Shown: piece after piece, positions 50,196-63,442 of the stretch
How positions within the stretch are numbered: position 1 is the first letter of the stretch
Layout: the number at the start of each line of letters is the position of its first letter
Origin: Hemiscyllium ocellatum
Lineage: Eukaryota
Length of the DNA stretch: 64,000 nt
Assembly (NCBI RefSeq): GCF_020745735.1
Contig: NC_083430.1
Span: 31,114,909 to 31,178,908, forward strand
Reading direction: 5' to 3'
The notes under the pieces: generated by a model
Told to the model about the DNA's origin: nothing
Database searches by the model: none
What the model saw: only the letters and a program-made list of their open reading frames with translations
Program-made: the position numbers and the translations under genes

Positions 50196-51929
50196 AATTT
50201 TTTTTTCGTTTAGTGTTTAACTTGCTGTTCCATCTCTTTCAGGTATGCCCAGCTGAAATTCTGATCCCCTCTGACAGGTTTTCCCTTCTAACCTCCTTTT
50301 TTTTTTTCCTTTTTTTTCTCTTCACCATAATTGCTCGCCTTGTCACTTCTTGCGTTTGACAAGGTATTTGCCAAAACCCATTTCCACAGTTAGCTCACGT
50401 TCCTTAGTGACTGCCTCTGGCTCAGACTCACCCTTTCAACTGAAGTTTCATCCTTTTTTGTGTTTTGAATCTACCTGGTGTCACAGATCTCTCCATGGTG
50501 TACAATGCTTCTCACACACAGCTGCACTCCGAGATCCATTCTTGAGATCTAATACCATCCTGATTCTTCCAGTCTACCTGCATGTTGAAATCCCCCATAA
50601 CAACTGTAGTAACATGCCCCAGTTCCACCTCATCCTCTGTTTCATTTGACCTTCTAACAGGAATGTTTTCTTTTCCTTTCCAGCATTAAGGAATGCAACA
50701 GAGGCCCATACCCTCTGGAACCTTCTTCCTCTACCCTTCCATATGACTCCATGTCCTTTTCTAATCCCAACCCCTGTTGTGTATTTACAGTCCCTTTGAC
50801 CCAGTTATGATGAAGGGTCATACCTGAAATGTTAATATTGCTTTCTGTTCGCACATGTTGTCAGATCTGCTGAGTTTTACCAGCCATTTCTGTTTTGGGC
50901 CTGGATTCAAGTCCTACTTGCTCTTAATGTGTTTCGTTACATGTCTGAACAAAACTGGTTGTTTAGCCAATTTAGATTTTTTTTAAACATGACTTCAGCT
51001 CTATCAATATTAAACATGGCTGACTTCATCAGGGCAGCCTGTTTGACTGGCACCTCATCTACCATCTACCACCATCCACTTTCACTTCTTCCACCACTGA
51101 TGCACAGTGGCAGCAGTGTGTAGCATCTATAATTAGAACTGCAGCAACTCGCCACAAGAGCTTTGTGGTGCAAATCCTTGCCCTCTTTATCCCTCCCAGT
51201 CAAGTGAAGACATAGCTCAAAATGCAGCTTTGACATTCCTCAAATAAATTCATCCATACAGTGACTGAAATAATCTTGACTCTAGCAAAAGTTAGATGGC
51301 TTTTTTTAAAAAAGTGATTTGATAATTTCCTAGTTACTGGACATGAGCTCTGGACAGTTAACCCATCTTTGACGAAGATTACATCCTAATGCGATTTTGA
51401 GAGGAAAAAAATTAGCGGGCTTGAGATATTCAACTTAGATGAGGCAGTGTTTCTTTTGAACTTGACTGTTTCATTACAGCTACAATTTGTAGTGGTTAAG
51501 TAGGCTGAGACCTTTGACTGGAAAATGCAAAAAGATAGAAGCAAACAACTTATTTTGAAACCATCTTTGGCACATAACTAGTTACCGGGTAGTTTGTCAA
51601 CCTGAAAATGATCCAAATCTGTTTTCAGTTAGTCAGTCCTTTATCCATGCTAATGTATGACACCCAATGCCAAGAGCTTGTACGTTGTGCAGTAACCTTT
51701 CATGTGGCACGTTATCAAGTGCGTTTTGGAAATCCAGATGTCCTACATGTTCCCTTTTTTATTCACCCTGCTCATTTGTATCTTCAAAGTTCTCTAAATT
51801 TCTCCAGATATGATTTTTCTTTTAAAGCTATATTTGCACTGTATTTTAAGATTGCACTTGCATAAAACAAGGATACACTTAATGGAAGAGTTTTTATTGT
51901 GTGTCAGAAATAAAATGCAAGAGCAGAAA

Positions 51930-52360
51930 CCACAGGTGCAGAAATAGGCCATTCAGTTCATTGAGCTGCTCTGGCATTTAGTGACACAATGGCTGATCTG
52001 ATCACCCTCAACTCCTTTTTCTTGTTTTATCCCCATTAAGCCAGAATCCCTTTGCTGTCTATCTGGATATATATATCTGGACCCAATCTCAAGCCCTCTG
52101 CAGTAAAGAATTCAAATTCACTACCCTCTGAGAGAATAAATTGCTCCACATTTTTGTCTTAAATGTGTGACCTCTTATTCTGCGATAATACCCTCCTGTC
52201 TAGACTTTCCCACAAGGAGATATTATCTTTCCACAACTACTCTGTTGAGTCTCCTAAGAATCTTGTATGTTTCAAGATGATCACCTCTCATTATTCTCAA
52301 TTCCAATGAGTGTAAGTCTGATCTACTTAACCTCTCCTCATAAGACCATCCAAATAAAAT
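51930..52360 (-). mobile_element. CR1 3' end (second subfamily)
   Basis: SYEERLSRSDLHSLELRIMRGDHLETYKILR in ORF 52223-52462. Confidence 0.85.
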
Positions 52361-52364
52361 AAAC

Positions 52365-54465
52365 TTCTGCTTATCTGGTAAAGGGACAACTGGAAATTGG
52401 GAAGCCTCCAAAGATGAGACAACCAGAGTTCTGAGCCAGTATGTTCCTGTTAGGTGCCACACACAGCTGGTACGTGTAGGGAATGCTGGATGACTAGAGA
52501 AATTAAGATTTTCGTCAAGAAAAGAAGGAAGCAGATGCCAGGTATAGACAGTAGAGATCTAGTGAATTTAGTGTAAAGGCAGTAGATGTATATTTAAGAG
52601 GGAAATCGGAAGGGCAAAACAATGGCATAGATTTGGTGAATAGGGTTAAGGAGAGTTCAAAGGAATTCTGCATTAAAAGCAAAATGGTAACTCGTGAGAG
52701 AAAAGGGCTCCTTGAAGCTCAGCAAGCCTGTGTATTTGTGGAAGTGAAGGGGATGGAAGATGCAAAACAAGTAGCTTGCATCAGTGCTTACTATGAAGGA
52801 TAAGGAAGCTAGAGAACTTGGGGAAGTAAATAACGACATCTTGAAAAATGTCCATATTACAGAAGAGGTAGTGCTGGACATATTAAAACACACACAAGCA
52901 GATAACTCTCTGGGACCAGGTCAGGTGAACTCTGGAACTCTATGGGAAGCTAGGGAAGTGATTGCTGGGGCCCTTGCAGAAATATTTGCATCATTGGCCA
53001 CAGGTGTGGTGCCGGAAGACTGGAAGTTGGCTAATGTGGTACCACTGTTTAAGAAAGGTGGGAAGGAATAGCCAAAGAACTATAGACTGGTGAGGCTGAC
53101 ATCAATGGTGGGCAAGTGGTTGGGGGGAATCCAACATCAGTTTGGAAAGGCAAGGGTTGATTAAAGGAAGTCAACAGGATTGTGTATGGGAAATTGTATC
53201 TCTCAAACTTGATTTGAGTTTTTTGAAGAAGTGACAAAAAGGATTGAGGGCAGAGCAGTGGATGTGATCTATTTGGACTTCAGTAAGGTGTTTGACAAGG
53301 TTTTGCATGGGAGACTGGTTAGCAAGATTAGGTCACATGGAATACAGGGAGAACTAGCCATTTGGATATAGAACTGGCTCAAAGGTTATGGTGGAAGGTT
53401 GCTTCTCAGACTGGAAGCCTGTGAACAGGGGTGTAACAAAAGGATTGAGCTAGGTTGATTACTTTTTGTCATTTATATAAATGATTTGAATGTGAAAGTA
53501 GGACGTGTGCTTAATTTTACAGATGACACCAAAATTGGTGCAGTGGACAGCAAGAAGGTTACTTCAGACTACGACAAGATCTTGACCAGATGGGTCAATG
53601 GGCTCAGAAGTGGCAGATGAAATTTAGTTCAGATAGTATGAGGTGCTGCTGTTTTGGAAAGGCAAATCGGGCAGGACATATACACTTAATGCTAAGGTCC
53701 TGGGGAGTGTGACTGAACAAAGAGTGCATAGTTTCTTGAAAGTAGGTAGATAGTATAGTGAAGAAGGCATTTAGTATGCTTGCCTTTATTGGTTAGTGCA
53801 TTGAATATAAGAGTTGGAAAGTCATGTTGCAGCTGTACAGGACATTGGTTAAGCCAATTTTTGGGATACTGCATTCAATTCCCATATCCCTGTTATAGGA
53901 AGGATGTTGTGAAATCTGAAAGGGTGTAGAAAAGACTTACAAGGATGTTGCTAGGGATTGGAGGGTTTGAGCTATAGGGAGAGGCTGAATAGACTGGAGC
54001 TGTTTTTCCTGGAGTGTTCAAGTCTGAGGGGTGACGTTATAAAGGTTTACAAAATGATGAGGGGCATGGATAGGATGAAAAGACAAGGTCTTTTCCTCCA
54101 GGGTGGGGTGGGTGGGTGGGGTTGGGGGAGAAGGGAGAGGAGAGGAGAGAGAGAGTCCAAAGCTAAGTATAAAGTATACTAGCTTCCACCACTTCCTCTA
54201 GCACCTTGTTCCATACATGCATACATGCACCATCCACTGCATGAAAAGGTTGCCCCTTTTAAAATTTTCCCCTCTCACCTTTCAGCTACTAGAGGAAGTG
54301 GTGGAAACTAGTACAATTGCATTTAAAAGACATCTGAATGGGTATATGAAAACGAAGGGTTTAGAGGGATATGGCTAAATACTGGCAAATGGGACTAGAT
54401 TAGTTAGGATATCTGGTTGGCATGGACAAGTTGGGTTGGGATCTGTTTCTATGCTGTACAGCACT
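52365..54465 (+). mobile_element. CR1 LINE, 5' truncated, with internal micro-inversion
   Basis: ORFs 52784-53071 and 53958-54182 are CR1 ORF2 pieces; collinear with 38610-40700 except inverted 54175-54285. Confidence 0.93.
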
Positions 54466-54559
54466 ACTGCCGACCGTACATGTATTTAGAGTCCTCATCA
54501 GTTGTACATATGTGCAGTCAGCAATTGTTGGTATATTGGCAACAGCAAACTGATCAATA

Positions 54560-56140
54560 TTTTAGTAACCACAACATTCCTAAATAACAAGCTTCAGCAT
54601 TTTTGCAAAGGCAGATATGAGGCTGACTGGCCTATTGTTTTCTGTTCTGTTTTCCTTTCTCAACTAGGGGAGCTTGCATTTTTTCCAATCTGCTGGATCT
54701 TTTCCAGAATCTAGGAAATAATGTAAAATTACAACAAGAGCATGCACCAGCTCTGCAGCTGCATCTTTTTAAGACCTTTGGATACAGGTCATCAGCCCTA
54801 TGAATTTGAATCTTTAGCTCTTAATATGCCAAGTAAGTTTTCCTCCCATGCTAATTGTCTGGAATTTCTTGATCCGTTCACTTGCTGTTTTTGGGATTCT
54901 TTTGTTTTCCACTGCAAGATGGATACAAGACACTTGTTCAATGTTTCTGCCATTCCAGTGTTTCCCATTGTTAATTTTCCATTTTCACCCTGTAAGGAAT
55001 CAACATTAAACATATAAAAATGGTAATAAATAATGAAACTCTTGCAATAGTTTTTTGTTAATTTACTTTCATCTATTTCTCCAGTTTTATTTTGTTTTAT
55101 CATCCGTTATCTGCTTTCCAAGCTGTACCAGTCTTTTCATCTGCCACTAATTTCCTCAACCTTTTATGCATTTTCTTTAACATATATATACTTCATCTAT
55201 TTCGTAGAGGTCCTTTCTCTCAAAAGAACCCTCTTTTGTGAAGTTATGGAGTAATACCTTAACTTCCCACAGTTTATCTCCTGTTTTATCTTTTAATCTA
55301 TTTTCCCAATTTATTCTGTTTGAAATTTAGACTCCTTCCAAAGTCAACAGTTTAACAGTGATATATGTAGTTAGTCTTTGGCTGGGATTTGACTGCAAAA
55401 TATAGCATAAGCAAGCTGAAACTTGCTGGTAACCATGCTGTTCATCCTGTTTAGTGTCTTGCTTAATATTTTGGCAGCTGCTAAACTCTGGCAACTCCCA
55501 GTGGTTGTTAATTTTAATGATTACACTGTAGTTGAGCACCCATTAACAAAAGTGAAATGATTGATCTGATAGATCTGCTTGTTTAAAAGTTCTTTCATGG
55601 GATGTGAGTATTCTTGGTGAAGTCAGCATTTGTTGCCCAACCAGAATAGGTGTTACTTCAAACTGCTCTCACTATTCCAAAAGCAGTGCGACCAGAGCGT
55701 TATGCCACCTCAGCAGTACATCCTTGCTCTTGCCATCTTCAAATGTGTGTTAACATTGTTTGCCTTCCTAACTGACGATTGAACCCTGAGTGTCCTGAAT
55801 GAGTACTTCCAAGTCTCTTTCATGCTTCAGATTTCTGAAGCCTGTCCCCATTTAGAAAATAATCTGCACCTCTGTTGTTCTTACCAAAGTGCATAACCTC
55901 TGACTTTCCCATGTTGTATTCCATCTGCTACCTCTTTGCCCTGTCTCCTAACCTGTCTGAGTTCTTCAGACTTTCTGCCACCTCAACACTATCTATCCCT
56001 CCACCTCTCTGTTACCTATAGACTTAGCAACAATGCCCTCATTTCCTTTGCCCAGGTCATTAATGTATAATATGAATAGTTGTGGTCTCAACACTAAACC
56101 GTGCAAAACTCCGCTCGTCACTGTCTATCATCCTGAAAGC
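54560..56140 (-). mobile_element. Old CR1 fragments (two or more)
   Basis: ORF 54798-55103 (NCKSF..GENGKLTMGNTGMAETLNKCLVSI); CCAAAGTGCATAACCTC (reverse of EVMHFG) at ~55885. Confidence 0.65.
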
Positions 56141-58526
56141 GCTGTCTCTGTCTCTGTTAATGTTTGTGAATGGAATACTGGTTAAGTGGACTTTGTGCTG
56201 GCTGATGTTGAGCAGTTTGATGTTGGAGCTCATCTATGCAAGCGGGGAAGTGTTCCATCCCTACTGACTTGCATATTTTAGAGAGTGGGCAGACTTTGGT
56301 GAGTTGAGAAGAAACTGGTCACATTGCTATAATAAGACAGTTAGTTTCCTCTGCAACCTTGCACTAGAAAATCACACTACGGAAAGTTGCTGTAGGAAAC
56401 CGCTATACCTGTTCAGTAGAAAGTTTGTGTTACCAAACTATGCCCACAATTTGTCAGTCATGTCATAGTCAATTTGTGTTGATAAAATATGCATTATACT
56501 AGAATGACCTGTAGTTAGTTGGGAAAGGACTTTGCAGTACTTTCTGATATTTCTTGACCATCGCCTGCAATGAATCAAACTTGAAAGAAGCCTTTAACCT
56601 TGTGTTGTTGGTGACCTTGGGCAGAAGCTGAGATGGATCATCCAACTGACATTTTTGGTTAAAGATGGTAGCTAATTTTTCAAGCTTGCCAATTTACTCA
56701 TATGCTGGGCTTTCATATCACTGAGAATATCCTAAGGATATGCCTTCTCCAGTTAGTAATTACATAATTACCTACTGTCATTCGTGACTGGATGTGGCAG
56801 CTTAGATCTGATTAGTTGGTTGAGATATCAAAGTTCTTTGCAATATAGTATCTGCTTTTTGAGTGCAAGTTCAGTGTTTGTGGATCTTTGTAAAAGCTGT
56901 TCTTCAATCCATTGAACGGTAAGTTTAAAGTTATGTTGCAGCTGAGCTTGCAAATGTGAGGTTTTCGGAAGTGTTCTCTGAAATTTATTTTCCTGATTTT
57001 TAGACTGACATTTAACTATTATTTTGCCGTTGTAATGTGGCGTTTTCTGTACGCAGAAAGGAATCATACAGATGCAAACTCTTCTATTTGCCATCAAACC
57101 CAAAAGATTAATTTTGAAGTTTGTTCATTGTGATTATGTTGCAACACAGCAAGCAGTTTGAGAATTCGATGATTGTTGGTTGGAGTATAAGGTGTATGTG
57201 TTTTGTCAAAAAATGAATAAATTGGTCATGTTGATGACTTAGGAATTTATCCATCTATGAATTGATCTTCCTTGCAATTAGCTGAATTGGAAAATTCTTT
57301 TGTGTATCAAGCCAAAATGGGATTTAATGTTTTCATTAATTTTTTTTGTGTTGGCAGTGAAGACTGGCAAATGTTAGTCAGGCTTTCTGGTGTTGTGTAG
57401 TAATCAGTTTGGCTATGATTACCCATTGCTTACTCTCTGGGAGTCAAAGTTGTCAGGCTATCTTAATGAAAGTAAGCCTCTGTTAATCAAAATAAAGAAA
57501 CCGTTAAATTTTGTTAAATGATTTAACTCAAAATTGGACCAAAGAGACAATGGTTAGTCCCACAAAATCTATTTTAAGTGATCAGTTTAGTGCCTTGAAA
57601 AAATTTGCAGCAGTTCCAGTAGTTGTGTAGTAAGCTGCATTTTCTGTCATTTTATTTCCAATAATGCAACATCAAGCCTTTGAGCCTTGTTATTGCTAGT
57701 TGGTTGAACTTACTGTAGGTGAGTTTTTTATACCTGTAAAATGAACATTTAATGCAGATGCAAATCATTTTAGTATAAAACAAAATCATAGTCATAGCGC
57801 CATACAGTATGGAAACAGAACATTCGGTCCAATGAGCTCACATCGACCATGTTCCCAAAATAAACTAGTCACACTGCCTGCATTTTGGCTCACAACTCTC
57901 CAAACCTTCACTATTCATGTTTATCCAAACATCTTTTAAATGTTGTAAGTGTACCTACATTCACCACTTCCTCTGGGTGTTCATTCCCCACACGTTTTTT
58001 TTAAAAAAACGTTTCCAGCATGTCCTTTTCAAAACCTTTTCCCCTCAACTTAAATATGCCCCCTTGTTCTGAATTCCCCCACTCTAAGGAAAAAACTTTT
58101 GTCAATCACCTTATCTATGCCCTTCATTTTATAAACCTCTAATTGGTCACCTATCAACTACCTACAGTCTAGTGAAAAAACTCTCGACCTTTTCAAGTTT
58201 CATTTTATAACTCAAACCCTCCATTCCCTGTAAGATTCTGGTAAATCTTTTCTGAACCTTATCTGATTTAACAATATGATATCTTCCTGTAGCAGGATGA
58301 CCAGAACTGCAGGCAGTATTTAGAAGAGGCCTCACCAATGTTCTGGACAACCACAAAATGATGTCCCAACTCTATACTGAAAAGACCTGAGTGATGGAGG
58401 CAAACATGCCAAACATCTTCCTCACCACCCTGTCTATCTATGCAGCAATTTTGAAAGGATTATGAACCTGAACTCCTTGATCTCCCTGTTCAATAACATA
58501 CCAGGTCTGCCATTAATTGTAAGCTG

Positions 58527-58598
58527 TCCTCTGTAGTATAGTGGTTAGTATCCCCACCTGTCACGTGGGATACTGGGGTTTAGTTCCCTGCTGGAGGG
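58527..58598 (+). pseudogene. tRNA-Asp(GTC)-derived sequence
   Basis: TCCTCTGTAGTATAGTGGTTAGTATCCCCACCTGTCACGTGGGATACTGGGGTTTAGTTCCCTGCTGGAGGG is collinear with vertebrate tRNA-Asp (anticodon GTC at 58560-58562). T-loop/B-box and acceptor stem are damaged. Confidence 0.85.
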
Positions 58599-58613
58599 GA
58601 CCTGAGTATTTAT

Positions 58614-58920
58614 GGGTGGCATGGTGGTTCAGTGGTTAGCACTGCTGCTTCACAGTTTGCAAGTTCTTCCCATGTCTGCATGGGGTTCCTCTGGGTGCTC
58701 TGGTTTCCTCCCACAGTCCAAAGATGTATAGATCAGATAAATTGGTCATGCTAAATTGCCCTTGCCTGTTCAGGGATGTGTAGACTAGGTGCATTAGTCA
58801 GAGGTAAATATAGGATAATATGGTTGGGGAATGGGTCTGGGTGGGTTACTTTTCAGAGTTGGTGTGGACTTGTTGGTCTGAAGAACCTATTTTCACACTG
58901 TAGGAATTCCGAGTCTATGA
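58614..58920 (+). mobile_element. V-SINE lacking its own B-box region, directly downstream of the tRNA-Asp copy
   Basis: GGGTGGCATGGTGGTTCAGTGGTTAGCACTGCTGCTTCACAG joins directly to TTTGCAAGTTCTTCCCATG; compare the intact copy at 27071. Confidence 0.88.
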
Positions 58921-60455
58921 AGTCTTGTCTTTGTTTTACCAAAATGTAGTATCTCACATTTATCCAAATTAAACTTCATCTGCCAGTCCTCAGCCAATCT
59001 TGGATAATCATCTGTCCACTATACCACCAATTTTAGTGTCCTCTGCAAATTTAGTAACCATGCCTCCTATTATTCTCATCCGTATCATTCACATAAATGA
59101 CAAACACCAGTGAACCCAGTACCAATCCTTGTGGAACACTCCTGGTCATCAGCCTCCAGTCTGAAAAGCAATCTTCCACCACCACTCTTTCCTACTGTCA
59201 AGTCAATTTTGTATCCAGTTGACAAGCTCACCTTGAATCCCATGTGATCTAAGTTTGTTAATTAGTCTACTGTACAGAACTTTGTCAAAGTCTTTATAAA
59301 GTTGATCATAACAACTGTGTCTCTACCCTCATCAGTCTTTTTGGTTACTTCCTCAAAAAACTCAATCAAGTTTGACTGCCACAATTTCCCTTGCATAAGC
59401 CATGTCAACTATCCCAAATTGGTCATTACCTCTCCAAATGCATGTAAATCCTATCTTTCTGAATCACCTCTGACAAATTGCCCACTGACATCAGGCTCAC
59501 AGGTTTGTAGTTCCTCGGCTTGTCCGTACAGCCTTTCTTAAATTAAGGCACAACAGTAGCCACCATCCAAGTGGTTAATGGCACCTCACCTGTGGTTATA
59601 GGTGACACAAATATTTATGCTAGGGACCGTGTGATTTCTTGCCTAACTTGCACGATGTCCTGGGATACACTTGATCAGGTTCTGGAGATTTGTCCATCTT
59701 TTGTTTTCTAAGACCTCCAGCAATTCCCATTCAGTAATGTGAACTGGTTTCAAAAAGTCTGTACTTACGTCCTTGAGTTCTCTAACCTCCATTTCTTTCT
59801 CCACGGTAAAAACTGACATAATGTTCATTTAATATCTTTCCCATCTCCTGAGGCTCAACGCATTGACCTCCCTGATCTTTAAACAGCCCTCTTCTGTCCA
59901 GATCTTTTCATAACATTTAAATTCCAAACAAATATATTAGCAGTTTGCATTAGTTTTTGCTGGAATTCAAATTTTGTGGCCTTGAAACCAATAACTTTAG
60001 CAGCATTGAAATATTGACTGAAACCACATTGTGAAGATTTATAGAACTAATCTAATTAAGTTGATTATCTGCTGATACTGTACACAAGAATCTCTGATCC
60101 ATTGATAGGATGGAATGAAGTCAGGTGATAGTAGATTCATGTAGAGTATAAATGAACCCTGATCATTTACAATTGCAAAAATTCTTAAGGTGCAGCTTTG
60201 TACCTAAAGTGTGACACCTTGAGATTGAGATTGAATCATTTACCTCGATACTTAAAAGGCAAGTAAGGAACTGAAAATTTAAAAAGTAGAGCCCAGGTCA
60301 ACTTGGCTGATTAAACCTGCTTTCTGGATGAAGTCAAATGCAGAATGTTCAACTAACATGACCAGTACACCAGTTTTGATTACAGCTATTATTTTGTTCA
60401 TACAAACGATACCTGTATCATTATTTGCAGTACTTGAAAACAAGTAGTTAAAACA

Positions 60456-60742
60456 GGGGAGGTGATGGCCTAATGGTATTATCGCTGGACTGTGTTAATC
60501 CAGAGACCCAGGTCAGGTTCTGGGGACCCAGAGTGAATTTCACCATGGCAGATAATGGAATTTAAATTCAACAAAGAACTGGAATTATGAGTCTAATGAT
60601 CATGAAAAACCCATCTGGTTCGCTAATGTCCTTCATCGTTCTCTGGTCTGGCTTACATGTTACTTTAGATCCACAGCAATGGATGGGCAATAAATGTTGG
60701 CCTAGCCAGCGATGTCCTCATCCCATGAATAAATAAAATAAA
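60456..60742 (+). mobile_element. tRNA-like-headed SINE sharing both ends with the 8040-11125 LINE
   Basis: A-box TGGCCTAATGG at 60466-60476, body CCCATCTGGTTCGCTAATGTCC..CCACAGCAATG, tail GGGCAATAAATGTTGGCCTAGCCAGCGATG..(AATA)n. Confidence 0.8.
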
Positions 60743-63300
60743 GCTTTGAATTCTTTTTGGTGGGAAATGTCTTTGGCATGCTGCAATATGCATTTATTTC
60801 TAATATTGGTTTTGAGTTGGAGAAAGGCTATCAGTACTCCTGTCACAAGAAGATGCAACACTTTGAAATAGTGTGCTTGTATCTTCCTGTCGTCATCTTG
60901 ACAATTGTATGAATTTGTGAACTGCAAAAGCTTGACTTCAAGAAACCATCATTTATATTATTATTCCATCATTGTTTGTTTTTCATTCCTTCCTTCCTTG
61001 ATCTTAAGTCATCAAATTATTTTTGTTGCTAAGTGAAAACTCTATCATCAGACTGGAGTATTGTAGCCAGTTTGATTTAAGAAAATATTTTTGCCATTGG
61101 TTAACTCTTTTTGTACAGCAACTATTTACAAAAGTGAGTTTGAGTTGTTTAATATTTAACAAAGTACTATCAAAATAACATTAGAGCACAGTTTTATTTT
61201 GTGCAGAAGTAACTCCACCTAATTCTGACTATATTCAAATTAAAATCCATTCTTCCCAATACTGTGCAAGTTGTTTTGACAGAATTGTTGTTTTCCAGTT
61301 GCATCAGCGCTAGTGCGAGTTGACTTGATGCTTATCCTGTAATAGACATGAACGTATCATTGACCTTTTTGGTTTTGATTTTGATGTGACAGCAACTTTG
61401 AGACTAGTCAGTTGTGAATTGTCAAATGACAGCAACTTCTGGCATCTGCACATGTGCAGGTAAACGTGGAAACCCAGAACTGTCAGTAGTTCTCAACTTA
61501 TACACTGTACTGTTGCATTGCTCAATAATGGAATCTGTGCAAAAATTAAATGGCATTCATTTAGACTAGCTACTTGTTAATAGCATGCATAGCAGATTTT
61601 GGTAGTGTGAAAGGTGACATTTACTTCTGAGCTTTGTCCTGGCCCTGAAAATGTAATTTTATAAGCTTGGAGTCACATTCCCCAGAAGAGAATTGCAGGT
61701 ATAGATTTCAGAAACAATTAATATTTTCATCTTGTTTCTGTCCTTTAACATGAGATACACATTGCAGTTTTCGTTTTTCTTCTAGTCTCTTATTTTAAAT
61801 GTAATTTGTTATTTTTTTTTCCTGCATTACAATGTGTGCATTTGAGCAAGATTCTAAAATTTAGTTTTTAAGTTTCCCTGCTCATACAACAGATATCCTT
61901 GACAGCAGGCCATTTCGGGCCATATACCTGAAAACTGGTTACCTCTGCTGATTAGTCCAAAGTAGTAACAACTATTTGACATTGTGAATGGTGCAAATAG
62001 TTGCTTCTCCATTTGCAGCAAAATCTGGGCAATTAACACAGGAGGTAGTTGTAAAATGTGAGAAAGCCAAAAACAAACATTTGTTGTAAGTGATAAGTTT
62101 GGACACCAGGTTTAAGTCTGCATATTATCAGAAACAACAAAGGTCAAGATTACTTTGATTCTTGAACATGAATTTTATTTTTAAATTATCTGGTTGTCAA
62201 ATTGTTAACCGTTCGATGTCACTGCAGTTATAAACACCTCTGAGACCAGAAGAAAATTTGATGATACCATTTTTAATGTATGTTTCTTCATGTTCATTGT
62301 GTTGTCAGGGTTGCTAACTGCTATCAGCTATCAGCTAGTTCCTTGTTTTATGTTATCAACTTTCAGTGGGTTGACAAAAGAAACACGTGAATTCCCAATG
62401 TCTTTAATTAAACAGAAAATAAATGGATTCTACAAAGTGGGAAGGTTCCACATTTTAATCAGTTTGATTTCAGCAAGAAAAGTAGTTAATCCATCAGGAT
62501 GTTGGTCAGTCTGTAAACTAAGGAATGGAAATTCAGGCAGTGTTCTTGAATGCCTGACTACTTTTTATAATTGCAAGTTTTTTTTTCTTCTGTATTCCTC
62601 CTTGAATGAGCAGGTGGAAATATGAAGGCCAGATTGGGTTCAGTTTTGATATATGCTGCAGTTGATCTGAGATTTGCTGTGTAGATTATTTACATGTATA
62701 TTCATATCCAGGTGAGGAACTAAAGGCCTGAAACCAATTAAAAGATACCCACTGGAAAATCTGAACCTTTTTGCAACTTTGAGTTCCACATCTTGAATGA
62801 ACAGATTGGGGAATTGGATATGATACAGTGAAACTTCACTGGGATACTATCTGCAGTCTTAAAAGCAAACATGAAGGGTTCTTTAGATTCCTGATATTCT
62901 AGGATGATTTGATGGAATTGTTTAGTTAAGAAGAGGTAGGAGAAGGTGTGAATAAGTAAACTATTAAGGGACATGGATTCAAGATTAAATTCAATAGATT
63001 TAGGACAGTATGTTTTTATGTCAAATATGCATTTTCAGAGTAGATTGTTGTAACAGACAGCTTTGCAAACATTTAATATTAGGATAAAGAGATATTTGAA
63101 GGGAAAGGGGAGAGCAACCAAACAGGCAGCTGGGATTAGAACCACTACTTGTATGGACTATTTGGACTTGATTGTTTCTATGCAATTTGATAGTGGTCTG
63201 ATAAATAGATAAGTTTCTAAACTCTGGTCACTTGATGACAAAGTCAGCGCATTGAAAAATAAAATTCATTGTCTGAAGTAACTTTTCTTTTCAATTGCAG

Positions 63301-63442
63301 CACTTTCTTGTACCTTAAGTTCCTTGTTGTGTGGGCACTGGTATTGCTGGCAGATTTTGTCCTTGAATTCCGCTTTGAATATCTTTGGCCTTTCTGGCTC
63401 TTCATCAGAAGTGTTTATGATTCCTTCAGATACCAGGGTCTG
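63301..63442 (+). CDS. MACO1: Macoilin (TMEM57) coding exon 2
   Basis: Acceptor ACTTTTCTTTTCAATTGCAG| and donor CTG|GTAAGT. 142 nt encoding (S)TFLYLKFLVVWALVLLADFVLEFRFEYLWPFWLFIRSVYDSFRYQGL. Splices in frame to exon 1 (AG+C=Ser; 80+142=222 nt). Confidence 0.97.

Larger units (their letters stand above)
57790..59900 (-). mobile_element. CR1 LINE, RT to 3' end, interrupted at 58524-58920
   Basis: ORF pieces SRTLVRPLL..KVQKRFTRILQGMEGLSY and SVFTVEKEMEVRELK; 3' terminus at ~57790. Confidence 0.9.
16691..63300 (+). other. MACO1: Macoilin intron 1 (46,610 nt, GT-AG)
   Basis: Lies between two exons whose translations join seamlessly into the macoilin N-terminus. Confidence 0.92.

Noticed and set aside
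58527-58598. Functional tRNA-Asp gene
   Set aside because: T-loop reads GTTTAGT instead of GTTCGAT, the acceptor stem is mismatched, there is no T-run terminator, and it lies inside a retroposed insert.
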